Shown here piece by piece: positions 33,985-48,100 of a stretch of 64,000 nt of DNA. A program made the position numbers and the translations under genes. Each line of letters starts with the position of its first letter. The stretch's first letter is position 1. Source of the stretch: Euglena gracilis (Eukaryota). A model generated the notes under the pieces. That model was given only the letters and a program-made list of their open reading frames with translations, did no database searches and had not been told where the DNA came from. The stretch lies in the NCBI GenBank assembly GCA_039621445.1, contig CP154954.1:25060954-25124953 (forward strand), in the 5' to 3' direction.

Positions 33985-36900
33985 CTCCTGTTTTTGCCCA
34001 GGTTTTGCGTTTTTCTTTTTTTCTCGGTCGGAGAAATTTGTTCCCGCCAAAAATTTAAGGAATGTTAAGACATTTTGGTCAAAAAGAATTAAGGCCCATC
34101 TTAAGGCATTTGAATGCGTTTTTTAGGCGTCTGAAAAATGCCGTCCCACCCCAATCCAATTTGGATTCCCTCCCCCAATGCTTTGTGTATATTTTAGGGG
34201 AAGGCTGTTTCCTTTCATTGAAGGTCGGCCGCTGTGGTGAGTTTGGTTGCCAAGAGCTTTGGCAAACAAGCTCGCGCTCAGTGTGATGGTAAATGCTGAG
34301 GTTCTTGGTTGGACAAGTTTCATTCACAAGCACAATTCACAAGCAAAATGCTGCATTTCATTACTCGATTGAAAGACCAGGGAGGTGAAGCGTTCTTAAA
34401 TTCTTTTCAAAAAAATGCAACCTTTCGCATTCCATCTGCACAATCACATTCCAAAAATACGACTTTTTGGCGTTTAATATTTTCTGAGATTTCTGGTGTA
34501 AAACATAAAATTTTTGTGTTTGACAGGCCACCTGCTTGTGCTTGCGATCGAGAGAGTTCTTTTTCCAATGTCTTAATTTATATATTTTACCGCATTTTCA
34601 TCCTTGCGCGGCTTTGCAAATGCCCCATTAAACAAAGTTTCAAAAGTCAGTAGTGCATAATTTTTTTGGGATTAGGGCCCTTCCCAAAGTTTTATCTACC
34701 TGTTTTTTTTGTTTGTGTATCACACAAAATTGTTCAAGAATGCTTTTTCAAAAATAATTTTTCAAATGGAAATGAAGTTCAAAAGGAACTTCAACAGTTT
34801 GTTTGTTTTATGGGAGAGCCACATGCACGGCGCTGACACAGATGCAGAAATGAGTGCGGGATCACAAGGATGACTCATCCCGATGCGGCGTTTCATTTCG
34901 AGTTTTCCCCCGGTGCGTTTTTGTGCTGTGTTGAAACTGAAACAGATTTCGTGCTGCAGCAGAAATTCTTTTTCGAATTATTGGCTTTTTTGGGACTTTC
35001 CGTTTCCAACAAACCTTTAGTGGTTGTGCTTTTGAGTGTGCGTGCGTGCGGCACGGCTGCCTGCCCCATCAACCTCCGCCTGGTGTGCCAGGAGGAGGAG
35101 AGGATCCATTCCCCGGCGACCCAGGGTCCCCCTCCTCCAAAGGAGCAGCGGAAAGCCGTCTCTTTTGTCCTCCCTGCGGAGCCCGGGCTCCACCGGACCA
35201 AGGGGTGCCGCGACCTCCCGTTCGCCTTTGCCAAGGTTGCTGCCGTGGGCTTTGCTGCCATAAACCCTGGGAATTATGTCTCTGATTGAGTTTCTAAGTG
35301 TCTAAGTGTTTTTTTGGGCCCCCTTTGCTGGTTTTCTTTTGGCACGCCTTGGGAGGTTATTGAAGTATTGAAGTATGGTGATTTGAGTGTGGACGGAATG
35401 GCCAAACTTCACTCCATCTGACGTTGCGCTGTTCTTTCCCCCTCTTTGTTCAATTTAATTATGCAGCATCTTTGATCATATGCACCCATCGTATGCCGAG
35501 CCTGAAAGAACGTACCATTAGAAATTGTGAGAAGTGTCAAAACTGTCACTTGTGGACATCGTGTATTCCTATGACCGATTGCGCTGTGCTTTCTGGACCC
35601 TGGGCACAGGGTTTCTTCCTGACTCTGGCTGGGTTGCACTTGGGACGGGTAAGCAGTGCCTTCCCCCCAGTTACAAACCATTCTTGTCTGCTTATGGCCA
35701 GCGCCAACTTCACTTCTGGCCCAGTTTGTGTGGTGGTGGCAGTATACCCCCCACGGGACCCCCCCCCCAGTGCCCCAGCAGAGGCCACCCACCTCCGCTG
35801 TGGTGCATGTCCCGCAGAACTGGGCCGAACCCCGACTGCTGCCCCACGCCAGCCACATCGTCCCAGGCCATACAGTTGCTAGACCATTGCCAGTGTGCGC
35901 TACACCATGGGTCATTAACCCCCCCAAAATAAGACCCCCCCCCCCTGGGCCGATCGAGCAAAAATCCAGACCCCCCAAAAATAAGATCCCCCTGACCCGA
36001 AGCACCGAAGGCGGTGAAAATTTTACTTGAAAAGTTACCAAAAAAACCCAAAAAATGATGAAATTTCGCACAAAAAATGATAAAATTTCAAACATTTTTG
36101 AAGTGTAAAAAACATCCTAAATGTCAGCTCTCACCAATTTACACATGGTGCGGAGCGCCAAAGGAAAAATTTTAATGCTTTTGGGAACCTAAAAATGATT
36201 TTTTTTTTCGGGCCCGGGTCGGTCATAACCCCACCCCCCCTGTTTTTGCCCAGGTTTTGCGTTTTTCTTTTTTTTCTCGGCCGGAGAAATTTGTTCCCGC
36301 CAAAAATTTAAGGAATGTTAAGACATTTTGGTCAAGAAGAATTAAGACCCATCTTAAGGTATTTGAATACGTTTTTTAGGCGTCTGAAAAAATGCCGTCC
36401 CACCCCAATCCAATTTGGATTCCCTCCCCCAATGCTTTGCGTATATTTTAGGGGAAGGCTGTTTCCTTTCATTGAAGGTCGGCCGCTGTGGTGAGTTTGG
36501 TTGCCAAGAGCTTTGGCAAACAAGCTCGCGCTCAGTGTGATGGTAAATGCTGAGGTTCTTGGTTGGACAAGTTTCATTCACAAGCACAATTCACAAGCAA
36601 AATGCTGCATTTCATTACTCGATTGAAAGACCAGGGAGGTGAAGCGTTCTTAAATTCTTTTCAAAAAAATGCAACCTTTCGCATTCCATCTGCACAATCA
36701 CATTCCAAAAATACGACTTTTGGCGTTTAAATATTTTCTGAGATTTCTGGTGTAAAACATAAAATTTTTGTGTTTGACAGGCCACCTGCTTGTGCTTGCG
36801 ATCGAGAGAGTTCTTTTTCCAATGTCTTAATTTATATATTTTACCGCATTTTCATCCTTGCGCGGCTTTGCAAATGCCCCATTAAACAAAGTTTCAAAAG

Positions 36901-38490
36901 TCAGTAGTGCATAATTTTTTTGGGATTAGGGCCCTTCCCAAAGTTTTATCTACCTGTTTTTTTTGTTTGTGTATCACACAAAATTGTTCAAGAATGCTTT
37001 TTCAAAAATAATTTTTCAAATGGAAATGAAGTTCAAAAGGAACTTCAACAGTTTGTTTGTTTTATGGGAGAGCCACATGCACGGCGCTGACACAGATGCA
37101 GAAATGAGTGCGGGATCACAAGGATGACTCATCCCGATGCGGCGTTTCATTTCGAGTTTTCCCCCGGTGCGTTTTTGTGCTGTGTTGAAACTGAAACAGA
37201 TTTCGTGCTGCAGCAGAAATTCTTTTTCGAATTATTGGCTTTTTTGGGACTTTCCGTTTCCAACAAACCTTTAGTGGTTGTGCTTTTGAGTGTGCGTGCG
37301 TGCGGCACGGCTGCCTGCCCCATCAACCTCCGCCTGGTGTGCCAGGAGGAGGAGAGGATCCATTCCCCGGCGACCCAGGGTCCCCCTCCTCCAAAGGAGC
37401 AGCGGAAAGCCGTCTCTTTTGTCCTCCCTGCGGAGCCCGGGCTCCACCGGACCAAGGGGTGCCGCGACCTCCCGTTCGCCTTTGCCAAGGTTGCTGCCGT
37501 GGGCTTTGCTGCCATAAACCCTGGGAATTATGTCTCTGATTGAGTTTCTAAGTGTCTAAGTGTTTTTTTGGGCCCCCTTTGCTGGTTTTCTTTTGGCACG
37601 CCTTGGGAGGTTATTGAAGTATTGAAGTATGGTGATTTGAGTGTGGACGGAATGGCCAAACTTCACTCCATCTGACGTTGCGCTGTTCTTTCCCCCTCTT
37701 TGTTCAATTTAATTATGCAGCATCTTTGATCATATGCACCCATCGTATGCCGAAGCCTGAAAGAACGTACCATTAGAAATTGTGAGAAGTGTCAAAACTG
37801 TCATTTGTGGACATCGTGTATTCCTGTGACCGATTGCGCTGTGCTTTCTGGACCCTGGGCACAGGGTTCCTTCCTGACCCTGGCTGAGTTGCACTTGGGA
37901 CAGGTAAGCAGTGCCTTCCCCCCAGTTACAAACCATTCTTGTCTGCTTATGGCCAGCGCCAACTTCACTTCTGGCCCAGTTTGTGTGGTGGTGGCAGTAT
38001 ACCCCCCACGGGATCCCCCCCCCCGGTGCCCCAGCAGAGGCCACCCCCCTCCGCTGCGGTGCATGTCCCGCAGAATCGGGCCGAACCCCGACTGCTGCCC
38101 TACGCCAGCCACATCGTCCCAGGCCATACAGTTGCTAGACCATTGCCAGTGTGCGCTACACCATGGGTCATTAACCCCCCCCAAATTAAGACCCCCCCCC
38201 CGATCGAGCAAAAATCCAGACCCCCCAAAAATAAGATCCCCCTGACCCGAAGCACCGAAGGCGGTGAAAATTTACTTGAAAAGTTACCAAAAACCCCAAA
38301 AGATGATGAAATTTCGCACAAAAAATGATGAAATTTCAAACATTTTTGAAGTGTAAAAAATATGCTAAATGTCAGCTCTCACCAATTTACACATGGTGCG
38401 AAGCGCCAAAGGAAAAATTTTAATGCTTTTGGGAACCTAAAAATGATTTTTTTTTTTCGGGCTTGGGTCGGTCATACCCCCCCCCCCCTG
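33985..38490. repeat. Tandem duplication, period 2254 bp, near-identical
   Basis: ORFs 34870-35289 and 37124-37543 are identical and offset by 2254. Junction near 36240. Confidence 0.95.
35068..35235 (+). CDS. Exon of second gene (NLRLVCQEEERIHSP...DLPFAFAK), duplicated at 37322-37489
   Basis: Upstream tgcggcacggctgcctgcccc pairs with ggccaggcatttgggccgcg at 33719. GC3-rich codons. Donor gttgct at 35236. Confidence 0.6.
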
Positions 38491-38788
38491 GAGGTTTCCA
38501 CCAATGTTGGGCTCGTTTTTGACTTGGGCTGCCGCCTTTCCCACCGGGCACTGTGGTTTCCCCAGGGTAGGGTGCACGCGATTGACGGACCACCCTCTGG
38601 TCGTGCGAGTCAGCCCCCCGCCACTGGTAGCAAGTGGATGCCCCGCCTGCACTGCCCTCGACGGCTTCACGCTGCCGCGAGTGCAGTGTTTCCTCTGAGG
38701 AGGCCTTGGCCGCTGGCTGGCTGGCTGGCCCGGGCTATGACCCCCGTTCCCTGCTTCAGGGGAACCTCCATCCCCTTGCCACCTCCAG

Positions 38789-38829
38789 GCCAAGCAGCTC
38801 CAGCGACAAATCCTGACGATTTTGCCAAG
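38789..38829 (+). CDS. Possible small exon (AKQLQRQILTILP)
   Basis: AG at 38787-38788, GT at 38830, phase-compatible with the preceding exon. Confidence 0.35.
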
Positions 38830-41800
38830 GTGTTCGCAGCAGGGAAGAGACTGGATTATGCCGCACCCAACCCAACAAATGACGAATCACAACTAATCAA
38901 GACTGAGCCTGAATTTACATCAAAAGAAAGGAGGGATGAAGAATGTTCCTTTTTTGATAACGATTTGACACCGCTTGTCCAAAACCTTTTGGATTTGCAG
39001 TTTCTGCAGTTTCTGTCAGTCTGTCTCGTGCTTCTTTCCCTAAGAGTGTTGTTTCTTTTCTCTTCACTGGCGTTTCTGTGTGGTTCTTTGAATGGACCCG
39101 TCCTGTTTCTGTGGGAGTGTTACCCCCCCCCCTCAAACTCAAATCAGCCCCCAAAATCCTACATTGTTCACCGTCAGGGCTGTTTTCCTTTCTGGCGTGA
39201 AAACGTATCCCCCAAAAGTTAGCCCTCAAACCATGGCTCAAGCAAAGCCTGGGGAGGGTTGGCTGACTTCAAGCCCTGGCACTCAACCGGACCTTTCTTT
39301 GGCGTGGTGGGGCCCCTCCCTCCTGGGTTGTTGGAGATTGGTTGGTGGTTTTGTGTCGTTTGGCAAAAGACCGGACTGTCAATTCCGTTTTACGATTTTA
39401 ATGTTGTGGGTCGGCAGGGTGGGTAAATCAGACTTCTTTTAAACTCAGAAGACCCCCCCCCCCGGAGGGGTTGGGCCCACGTGGGGTTCCCGCACCAGGC
39501 TGGGTGGGTGGATGGGACCTCCCCTGTTTATATCTGCACAGTTCCGTAAGTTTGCATCCGCCAAAGTTCTTGACACATCTGAGATGCATGTTATGTCTGC
39601 CCTCTCACCCCGAGTGTGCCTCCACTCCCCCAGTGGACGTTGGGGATGCACCCCACCTGCACCCAATTTGCTGGGAGGCAACTCTCAGCGGTGGCATATG
39701 TTTTGTGCTGTTCTGGCACTTCAAGATTTTGCTGCCTCAAACGCAGCTGTAAACATAAGTGCAGAATCAAGCCCCATTCACCAGGTCAGGCAAAACAGGT
39801 GTCAGCCTCCTGGGCTGCCTCCCTCCCCCACCCCGCCATGGACACAGGCTGTATTTTTTTGAGGTGGTGTTGGGACCACAGGGTTCTGCTTCACGTCTCT
39901 TTAGTCACCATTGTCCCACACCAGGGTTTGTCCCTGGGAAACAGCGTTTCGTGTCGCATCTACTTCCCCCGGTGGGCGGAGGTGGTAAACCGTCATTTTC
40001 AAACTGGGAAAAGTCGGTTTGCCCAGAAAAAAAAGCCCGGGGGTCGAAAGAAATGGCAACTTCGGTACCACCAGATTTCAGCTGATGGTGCTCCCACCAC
40101 TGGTGACTAGCAACGTGCTTGCTTCCGGCCCCCGAACCGCTTTCTGTCCCAGTTCCGCCTCTGCCCCCCCAACCACATCTGCCTCTTCCGTCTCTGGACG
40201 GAGAGAGGTGTGTGGGTGCCCCCCCCCCCAGCCCCCGATTGACGTGCCCCTCTCTGTCACTCATGACAGCATGACAATTATGTCAAGGTTCCGACCAGGC
40301 TGCAGTTTAACGTGAGGTCGACCCCATCCAGGGGGGCTGGTGGGCACCCACACCGACACCCACACCGACACCCGGGGGGGGGGGAGTTGGACACATGGCC
40401 TTGGTTGTGCCAGAGCCGCCAAGAATAAATAATGTATTTTTGGGCAAATTTCCACTTAAACCTAGGCAGGCACGACCCCCCTCCCGAAAGTAGTTCCTGC
40501 GCTATTGAGGCTCCCCCACCCGTGGGGTTGGTCAAGTTCAGCCTGACTCCAACAGCCAGTGGGCCGCTCATCGGTTGTGTGTGTTCAGCGGTTGGACAGG
40601 TTCTTGGTGGGGAAGGAACCCACTTGCAAACCAGCCCCACTTACAACTCCCCCTATTTATTTATTTAACCCCCCTCGGGCCGACCAACCAAACTTTGGCT
40701 CATAATCTCCCCCAGGGGAAAAAAAGAAAGACGCCGGGGATGATTTTTGGGTCGCAACACCCCCAAAAACATTTTTTTTTTTACGTGACCGCATGCATTC
40801 TCCGGACATTAACCACCCCCAAAATGGCCGTTTTGGGCCACAAATCCTAGCTGGAACATCGGCAACCAAAACGGCGTATGGAGGGCGACATCTTGTGGAA
40901 TATAGCCTCTCCAGGGACACACTTGGTTTGGCATACACTTTCGGAAATAATGTAAAAAACATAATGGAAAAAATGATTTTTGGACCGAAAATCTCACCCC
41001 GGTGTAATGTCGAGTGGAAACTGGGGGGGGGTTGGCTAATCCTACTCAGTTTGGGTCCGTTATCGGCTGAACAACTCAGGCCTGGCGGGGAGTTGGGTCG
41101 GAAAGCCAGGATCCAGTCGTTCACGGCGGGAAAAAAATTCCGGGCACAGGCCATGGTGATAATCCACAGACCTACCCCCCCCTTTCCCCAGAGGTGAGCT
41201 CTGCTCTTACTCTGAAGGTGGAGGGGGAAATATGCAAGTTTGCATAATTTACATTTTTTGCCTAATCTAAATCTTAAAAATTTGCGCTGTTTTGCATGGT
41301 TTGCATTTTTTGTCGCATTTTAATAAAAAGTCGCATTTTTTTTGCGTTTTTCTGTATTTTTTTGTGTATTCAGGTATGCCCATGTTTGTTGTTGCATTTT
41401 GCACATGCAAATTGCTCCACTTTCAGACAGGCCATACAATTGCTAGACCATTGCCAGTGTGCGCTACACCATGGGTCATCACCCCCCCCCCCAAAATAAG
41501 ACCCCCCCCCCCTGGGCCGATCGAGCAAAAATCCAAAAGTAAGACCCCCTAAAATAAGATCCCCCTGACCCGAAGTGCCGAAGGCGGTGACAATTTTCCT
41601 TGAAAAGCTACCAAAAAAACACCGAATTTCACACAAAAAATGATGAAATTTCAAACATTTTCGGATTTTGAAGTGTAAAAAACATGCTAAATGTCAGCTC
41701 TCACCAATTTACACATGGTGCGAAGCGCCAAAGGAAAATTTTTAATGCTTTTGGGAACCTAAAAAATAATTTTTTTTTCGGTCGGTCAAGAAAAAAAAAT

Positions 41801-44800
41801 CCAAAAATAGGACCCCCCCCCCTGGAGGTTTCCAGTAACGGACCCAAAAATAAGACCCGGGTTTTATTTTTGTGGGGGGGTTTACACCATGGGTGGGCGA
41901 ATGCCTGAGTGTTCCCCTTATCAGGGTCCCTCCCCGAGACAAAGGCAGATTTTAAAAAAGTATGTTGGGCTCTTTTTTTTGACTTGGTCTGCCGCCTTTC
42001 CCATGGGGCACTGTGGCTTCCCCAGGGTAGGGTGCACGCGATGCTCTTTGGGTGTAAATGTTCTCATTTACACCGCTCGTTCACTTTCTCAGACAGGGTT
42101 TTATTTCTTTCATTCATTTTAACTCATTGGGCGTCGTGGCTGTGAGCAGTCCAGATCGCCCCTCTTCTGGTTCAGCGTTTTGTGTTGGGTTAAATTGTGT
42201 CCGCATCGATGCTGTTGCCTGGAATACGCCCAACTGCTGTGTTTCCAGCCGCCCCATACACCAACCCCGGCCTAACTAACGCACGTCGCCTCACCTTAGA
42301 CCTTTACCGCTCCTCGCAGCGACGCTTGCTGCCCCCTGCATGACGTCCCGTCTGTGGTTGGGGGCAGGGGTCCTGCACCAGTATATGGGTGACATGCTCG
42401 TCCCTCGTATTCATTCTTCAATGCCCCGCGCATGTTATGTCCCTCATGTGCCCAACTTCCACAGTTGCCCATTCGTTTGAAGTTCTCTTGTTGACCGACA
42501 GCACAACTGGTGTGGTGCTTTCATGAATTGTGCAGGATCCAATCAAGCAAAAACCGCAACCTCATACCCTTCCGATGCACAACATGAATCACGATATTGT
42601 TTGAGATTGTTCAGCTGCAATAATTTAATATTCAGGTCAGCAAGGATTCCTCTTTTGGAAGTCTCTGAGGCAAGCCTTCCCTCCCAAGGAGATTGAATTT
42701 ACAAAAAGTTTGGCCAAATTTCTTAGTGCAGGTTTTTTCCCGCTTGTCAGATTTTGGGGTTAGGGGTGTCCTCACCAGCCCCTCCACCCCTCCTTTCCCT
42801 CAGGGAGGGGGTTTACTCCCTGACAAAGGGCGGGAGGGGGGATATGCGGAGCGCATACTTTCCGCATATTCCGCATTTTAGCGCATCACTTTTTTGGCCA
42901 AAAAGCGCAAATTTCGCTTATTTTGCACATTTTCAGCACATATTCCGAGGGTTGTCAGGATTTTCCCGCTGTGTATTTTCTTCGTTCCCACATATATTTT
43001 TTGCTTATTTTCCGCATCTCATTGGGCCATGTTGTTTTTATTCAAACCATTTTATGCCATTTGCTCTCATTTTGGGGCCATTTTGGGCCCTTTTTTTTGC
43101 CAAATTTGGCCCATTTTGGTCCATTCTGAGCCACAGGGGTTTGAGTCGTTTTGACCACTGTTGGCCATTTTTGGTCATTTTTGGCCATTGTTGGCGATTG
43201 TTTTTTCAGCTCAAAGTGGACAAAATTGGTCCAAAATGGCCCCAGAATGGCCCGAATGGCTCGAAATGGTCATAAATGGTCCGTAAATGGTCTAGACCCG
43301 GGGGGGGGGGTTCTGGAGCCAAAAACCAGCCACTATGAAAAAGCAGTTAATCATCCCCCGGGGAAACACTCAAGCAATGATATGGAACCTGCTCCCTCCC
43401 CCCCGAAGGCCAGCTTTTTCCAGCCAGCAGCTCCCAGCCGGGCTGAGGACCTCACCCGGGTCCTATAAAATAAAATTCAGGCCAGCCCGACGAAGCTGTG
43501 CTGGACGACACGCGGGGTGGGTGGGGGATGGGATCCCAATGGCGTGGCAAAAGTGCCAAAATGAAATTGCCCCAAAAAGGTGAAACGCCGGACCAAAGGT
43601 AATAAAATATTTACATTTGGCATTGTTGGGGAAAGGGCCACCTTCTGGATGGTTTTTTCTGGAGGTCCAAGGAGTTCGGTCTTTTCAGACCCCTTTGCAG
43701 GGGGGATATGCGCCAAAAGGTGTGCGTTAAAATATGTGGGAATATGCGCTAAACATTAGGAAATTATGCGGAAAATATGCGATTTTTCGAAAATCAGGCC
43801 ATATTTGGCTTGTTCAGGTGATCCAATCAGCAAGTCATTTCAACCCATTATGGATCATTTTAGGACCATTTCTGTCCATATCTGGCCACAATCGGCTGTT
43901 TTCGAACGGTACCATTTTACCATTTTTGGCCGAGTGGCCAAAGTGACCGACCCCCCCCCCCGGGGGGAGGAAGTGGGTGAATGGTGTTTTTGAAAGTGGG
44001 AAGTAACCCCCGTCCTGGTAGTCAATGGTATGGTAGGGTCCCCTCTATCCAAGCACTTTCGATGCAGGGCGATGCAAGAATATTGGAGGCCAAAGGTGGG
44101 GTTCCAATGCAGGGCAATGCAGGCATTTTTTGGCTATCGTTGAACATTTTCCAGTGATTGGCCGCATTGGCGGCTTTTTTTAGCCTGGTTTTTTTTAAGG
44201 CACTGACTTTTGGCATTTTTGGGGGGTGATTTTTGGCCGTTTTTTGGACATTTTTGGCCCATTTTGACAATTTGACCATTTCTCCATTCTGCAAGGCTTC
44301 ATGCTGACATGTGATTCAGCCAGCGGATGCGGGTATTAGAGTGGATGCGGAATGATGGCATGTGGGAATTGGAACGGATGCGGACTGTTGACACTTGAGC
44401 AAATGCGGGGATGTGGCTACCGGATGCGGCTTCTGAAGCAGATGCAGCTACATGGCTGGATGCCAGCCAGTGTCGGGATGCGGGAACTGGAGAGATGCGG
44501 AAATGCATGTACTCCAGCATATGGGGGTCAAAATCAGCCAAAAGTGGCCAAAAGTGGCCAAAAGTGGCCAAAAGTAGCACAAAAGGCCAAAGTGGCAAAA
44601 AGCAGCAGAAAGAAACAGGGCACCATTTGAGCATTTCAAAGGCGATGCGGGGCGCTGCAGGCCGTGCGGGACCCAAAGGGGTGGGTGACCGAAGGCTTAT
44701 GAAAACCCCTGGCAGCCTCATAAATTTTTTTCGTGCAAAGAGCCGCAGCCCGTGGGACCCCCGGGTCCTTAAGAAGAAAATAACAACAACAAAACTACCT

Positions 44801-44870
44801 CAGGCTGCTTCAGGCGTTGCTCTGACTGGTGTTCCTGGTTGCTTCCTCCTGCCCCCCCCCACTCCTTCAG

Positions 44871-45110
44871 GTTCCAAGTCTGCCTCTGAGGAGAGGGAGA
44901 CTGGACGACCTCGGTTGTGTTTCTTCCCCAGCACCAGAAGGATCCTCCTTGTCACTTGTTCCGTGGCTGTTGCCCCGCGGAGTGGCACGTGAGGCCCCCC
45001 AGCACTCTTCTGCCCTGCAGCGAAGCAACCTCCCTCCTCGCGCCGGGTTACATATGGCCAAGCCCTTCTCGGGCGAGGAGTTGGGTGAGCCGAGGACATA
45101 TTGGATGAAG
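44871..45110 (+). CDS. Possible exon (VPSLPLRRG...EPRTYWMK)
   Basis: Pyrimidine tract + AG ending 44870, donor gtcagc at 45111, open phase-0 frame. Confidence 0.45.
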
Positions 45111-48100
45111 GTCAGCCAGATCCTGGTTCGACAGGAGGGTGTTGGGGATTGGGGGGGGGTCCCTGCCCTTGGCCAGGGAATCAGCCAAACAGCCAGGCCT
45201 GGGAGCACCAATTTTTGACCCCAAATTTTTTTTCCCGGCGCTTTGGGTGCCTGGTGAAAATCAGTGAAATGCTGTGGTGGGTGGGGGGGGGGTCGACCCC
45301 CCCATCGTTCTTTCCCGTTCTGCCCTGCCCTTGACCATCGTGGGTCCAGACCATCCCACCTGCCAGGAGCCCATTTCCTGGGGCAGGCCCTCTGAACATT
45401 TTCCAGCATGCCACGCTGGCCGGTGTGGGTCTTAGGTTGGCGTATGCCTTTTATTTCAGGGATGTTCATTCGGATCTCCAGGATGATGCCTCCAGGAGAA
45501 TGATGCTACTGACTGGAAAATGGTCCACACAGGGCAGGGTTTAAACACCACATACAGGGCACCCCACTCCCAGTGGGAAGGGGTCTAACCAGCAGCCTTT
45601 TTCCACCCCTGGTCCCCGACACTATTTTACTGCCATCTCACGATGATGATGATAATAATGATAATACTTTTTTGAAGTAACCATGAAGAATACTAGAATT
45701 GCCCCTGTTCATAACTTCTTTTTGTGTTTTATGTAGTCCTCGCTTAAGGGATAAGAGCCTCCCACCACAGTTGAGAAAGAGGGGGTACAAGTGGATATTT
45801 CCCACCGTCAATGGAGAGGGGGTGGCCTTGGGGGGCAATACCAGCTGAGGCCAGAGGTCTGTCCCCCCAAGGGGGGAGTCCAGTCACGTACATGTACAAA
45901 AAAGGACAGAGGCAGACTGTGGGCCCTGGCGTTCGGTCACAGTGGCCAACATGGTTCTGGACCCACTCTTTCAAATGTTTCGCTTTGCACCGACAATCTT
46001 TCGATTCGGCTCGTCAGGCTGCAAACCTTCACCTTGAAGGATAGCCTTGGATGGACTTGTCTGGTTGGGCGCGTTGCGCCTTACCTCTCCCTTATCAGAT
46101 CCATTCTTGTTTGACTGAGTTGTATGGTGCTCGCTTCTGCCATCACTGCGCATGCGCTGGCTGAAATCAGTTTCCAAAGAGAGGTCAGAATTGTATTTTT
46201 GGGTTTTTTTTGGTGTTTTGCTCAAGAAACCTAATGATCCTTTGCGTGTTGGCCCCTTCTTGGGACAATTTTGGGAGCAAGCCGAACGTTGGTTTGCTCA
46301 AGGTCCCGTCAACCTTTTCAAACCACTGGCTGCCAGCTTTTTTACGTGGAAACAGATAGACAGCAGGGGAATTGTGCAAAAAAAATAAAACCCCCCAAAA
46401 TACTCCCCTGAAGCGCTGGGTATGGGTTCAATTTTCACTGAAAAATCACCCCAAACCCCAATTTCAGATGCAAAAATGATGAAAATTTTAAGGTTGCAGA
46501 TTTTGAAGCACAAAAAAACATGCTGAATGTCAACTTACTCCGATTAACACACGGCACGAAGCGCCGAAGGAAAGATCTTGGAACCTGAAAAGTGGTGTGT
46601 GATGCTTTTTCGGGTTTTTTTTCTGGGCCTGGGTCGGTCAAAAAATAAGACAGGTTTTGTGCAGTTCTAAGCGCTTCACGTGTGTGATGGTGCCATGCTG
46701 CAGCAAATGTTTGATGCGTGCGGCAGATGTTTGAGGCGGTCGGTGGCCCAGTGCCCGGCCCGGCGGCCTATCCTGGCCGGCAGCCCAGCTCTGGTGGCCC
46801 GGCAGCCCGGCCCAGCCCAGCAAATGGCTGAAAAATGGCTGTGACTCGGGCTACACAAAGATTTGTGGAAAAAGTAAAGCATGGTTGGATTTGGCATTCC
46901 AAGGGATTTAATTATTTTTGAAGCCTGTTTCTGAAGCCTGTTTCATCAGCAATACAATGCACCAAGTTGCAGAGCCCAGCTCCTCGGGGTTCCTGACTTG
47001 TGGCACATTTTTTCTTACCACCACATACAGCCAAGCACAAGGTTACATTGGTTTCGGTCGGGCAAAAAGTAGGGGACCCTCGTAAAGATTTTTGGACCAG
47101 TGCGTCGTAAAGATTTTGCCGTCAAGGACCCACAGGGGGGTCCCCCCGGTCCTCTCAGAAACGTCTGTGTTGCGTGCTCTGCTATTGTGGAAACGCCGAC
47201 GAGTGCCATGATTGCGGCGCCCCCTGATTGTGGAAGTGGCTACGCGGCCAGGCTCCTGTGTCTAAAACAGGGCTTAAAATGACTTCCCAACCCTTGTTAA
47301 TCCTTGTCAATAACACTTTCGGGAATATTGCTGTGTCTCGGACAAGGGCTGGGTGGGAATGTAAAATGAAATAACTGCCTGAATTAATTGTAATACACAG
47401 GTATTGTCATGAGTGGCAAAAATGGCACGAAACTCGGAACACACGCGTAGAGCATCCACAAAGATTGCTTTTTGCAGCTTCGTGTTTTTTTAATCAAATT
47501 CTTCCGACAATGTAATGATTTTGTACAGAAACAGCAATTGTGGTGTAATCATCGTTGATTCTATCCTTCTTTGTAGTGCGTGCTTTCTTAAAAAAGTCTC
47601 CTGAAAAATGGGTGTTTTGAAAAATCGCTCCAGAGTTTTTGAATTTCAGAACAAAGGTGTCTAAATTGGTGGTCTCCAAATTCAGCGGAGATGACCAGGT
47701 CTCACCCCACCCCCCCGCTGACCCCTCCCTGTGGGGTCAGGTTTTGGGGCAGGGAGTGTAGCGTTGTGCCCCCCCCCCCCCCCGAGCGCTTGGCCCCCCT
47801 CCTCCTCACATGCAAACCTGGCCGCCCTGAAGCTGACTTCAGGAAAATATTTGACTGTTGGCTTGCGCTGGACCCAAACCGCCCCCCCCCCCCCCCCGGG
47901 GATTATGCGCAGCAGAATCTCTTCTGTCAGGATTTTCCCTTCCCACGGATTTTTGAACAGAGCCTCAACTAGATTTGATCAGTTTTCATGAATACGTCCC
48001 TGCTTCCTTTGACATGGGTTTCTGATTGAAGACTTGTGAACGTCTGATGAATCATTGGACTTTCAGAAAAACCCAGTTTTGGTCAAGAAAAAATTTTGGT

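Noticed and set aside
38362-39222. 286-aa ORF as a single gene
   Set aside because: It starts inside a family A MITE and has no recognisable domain. At most it contains a short exon.
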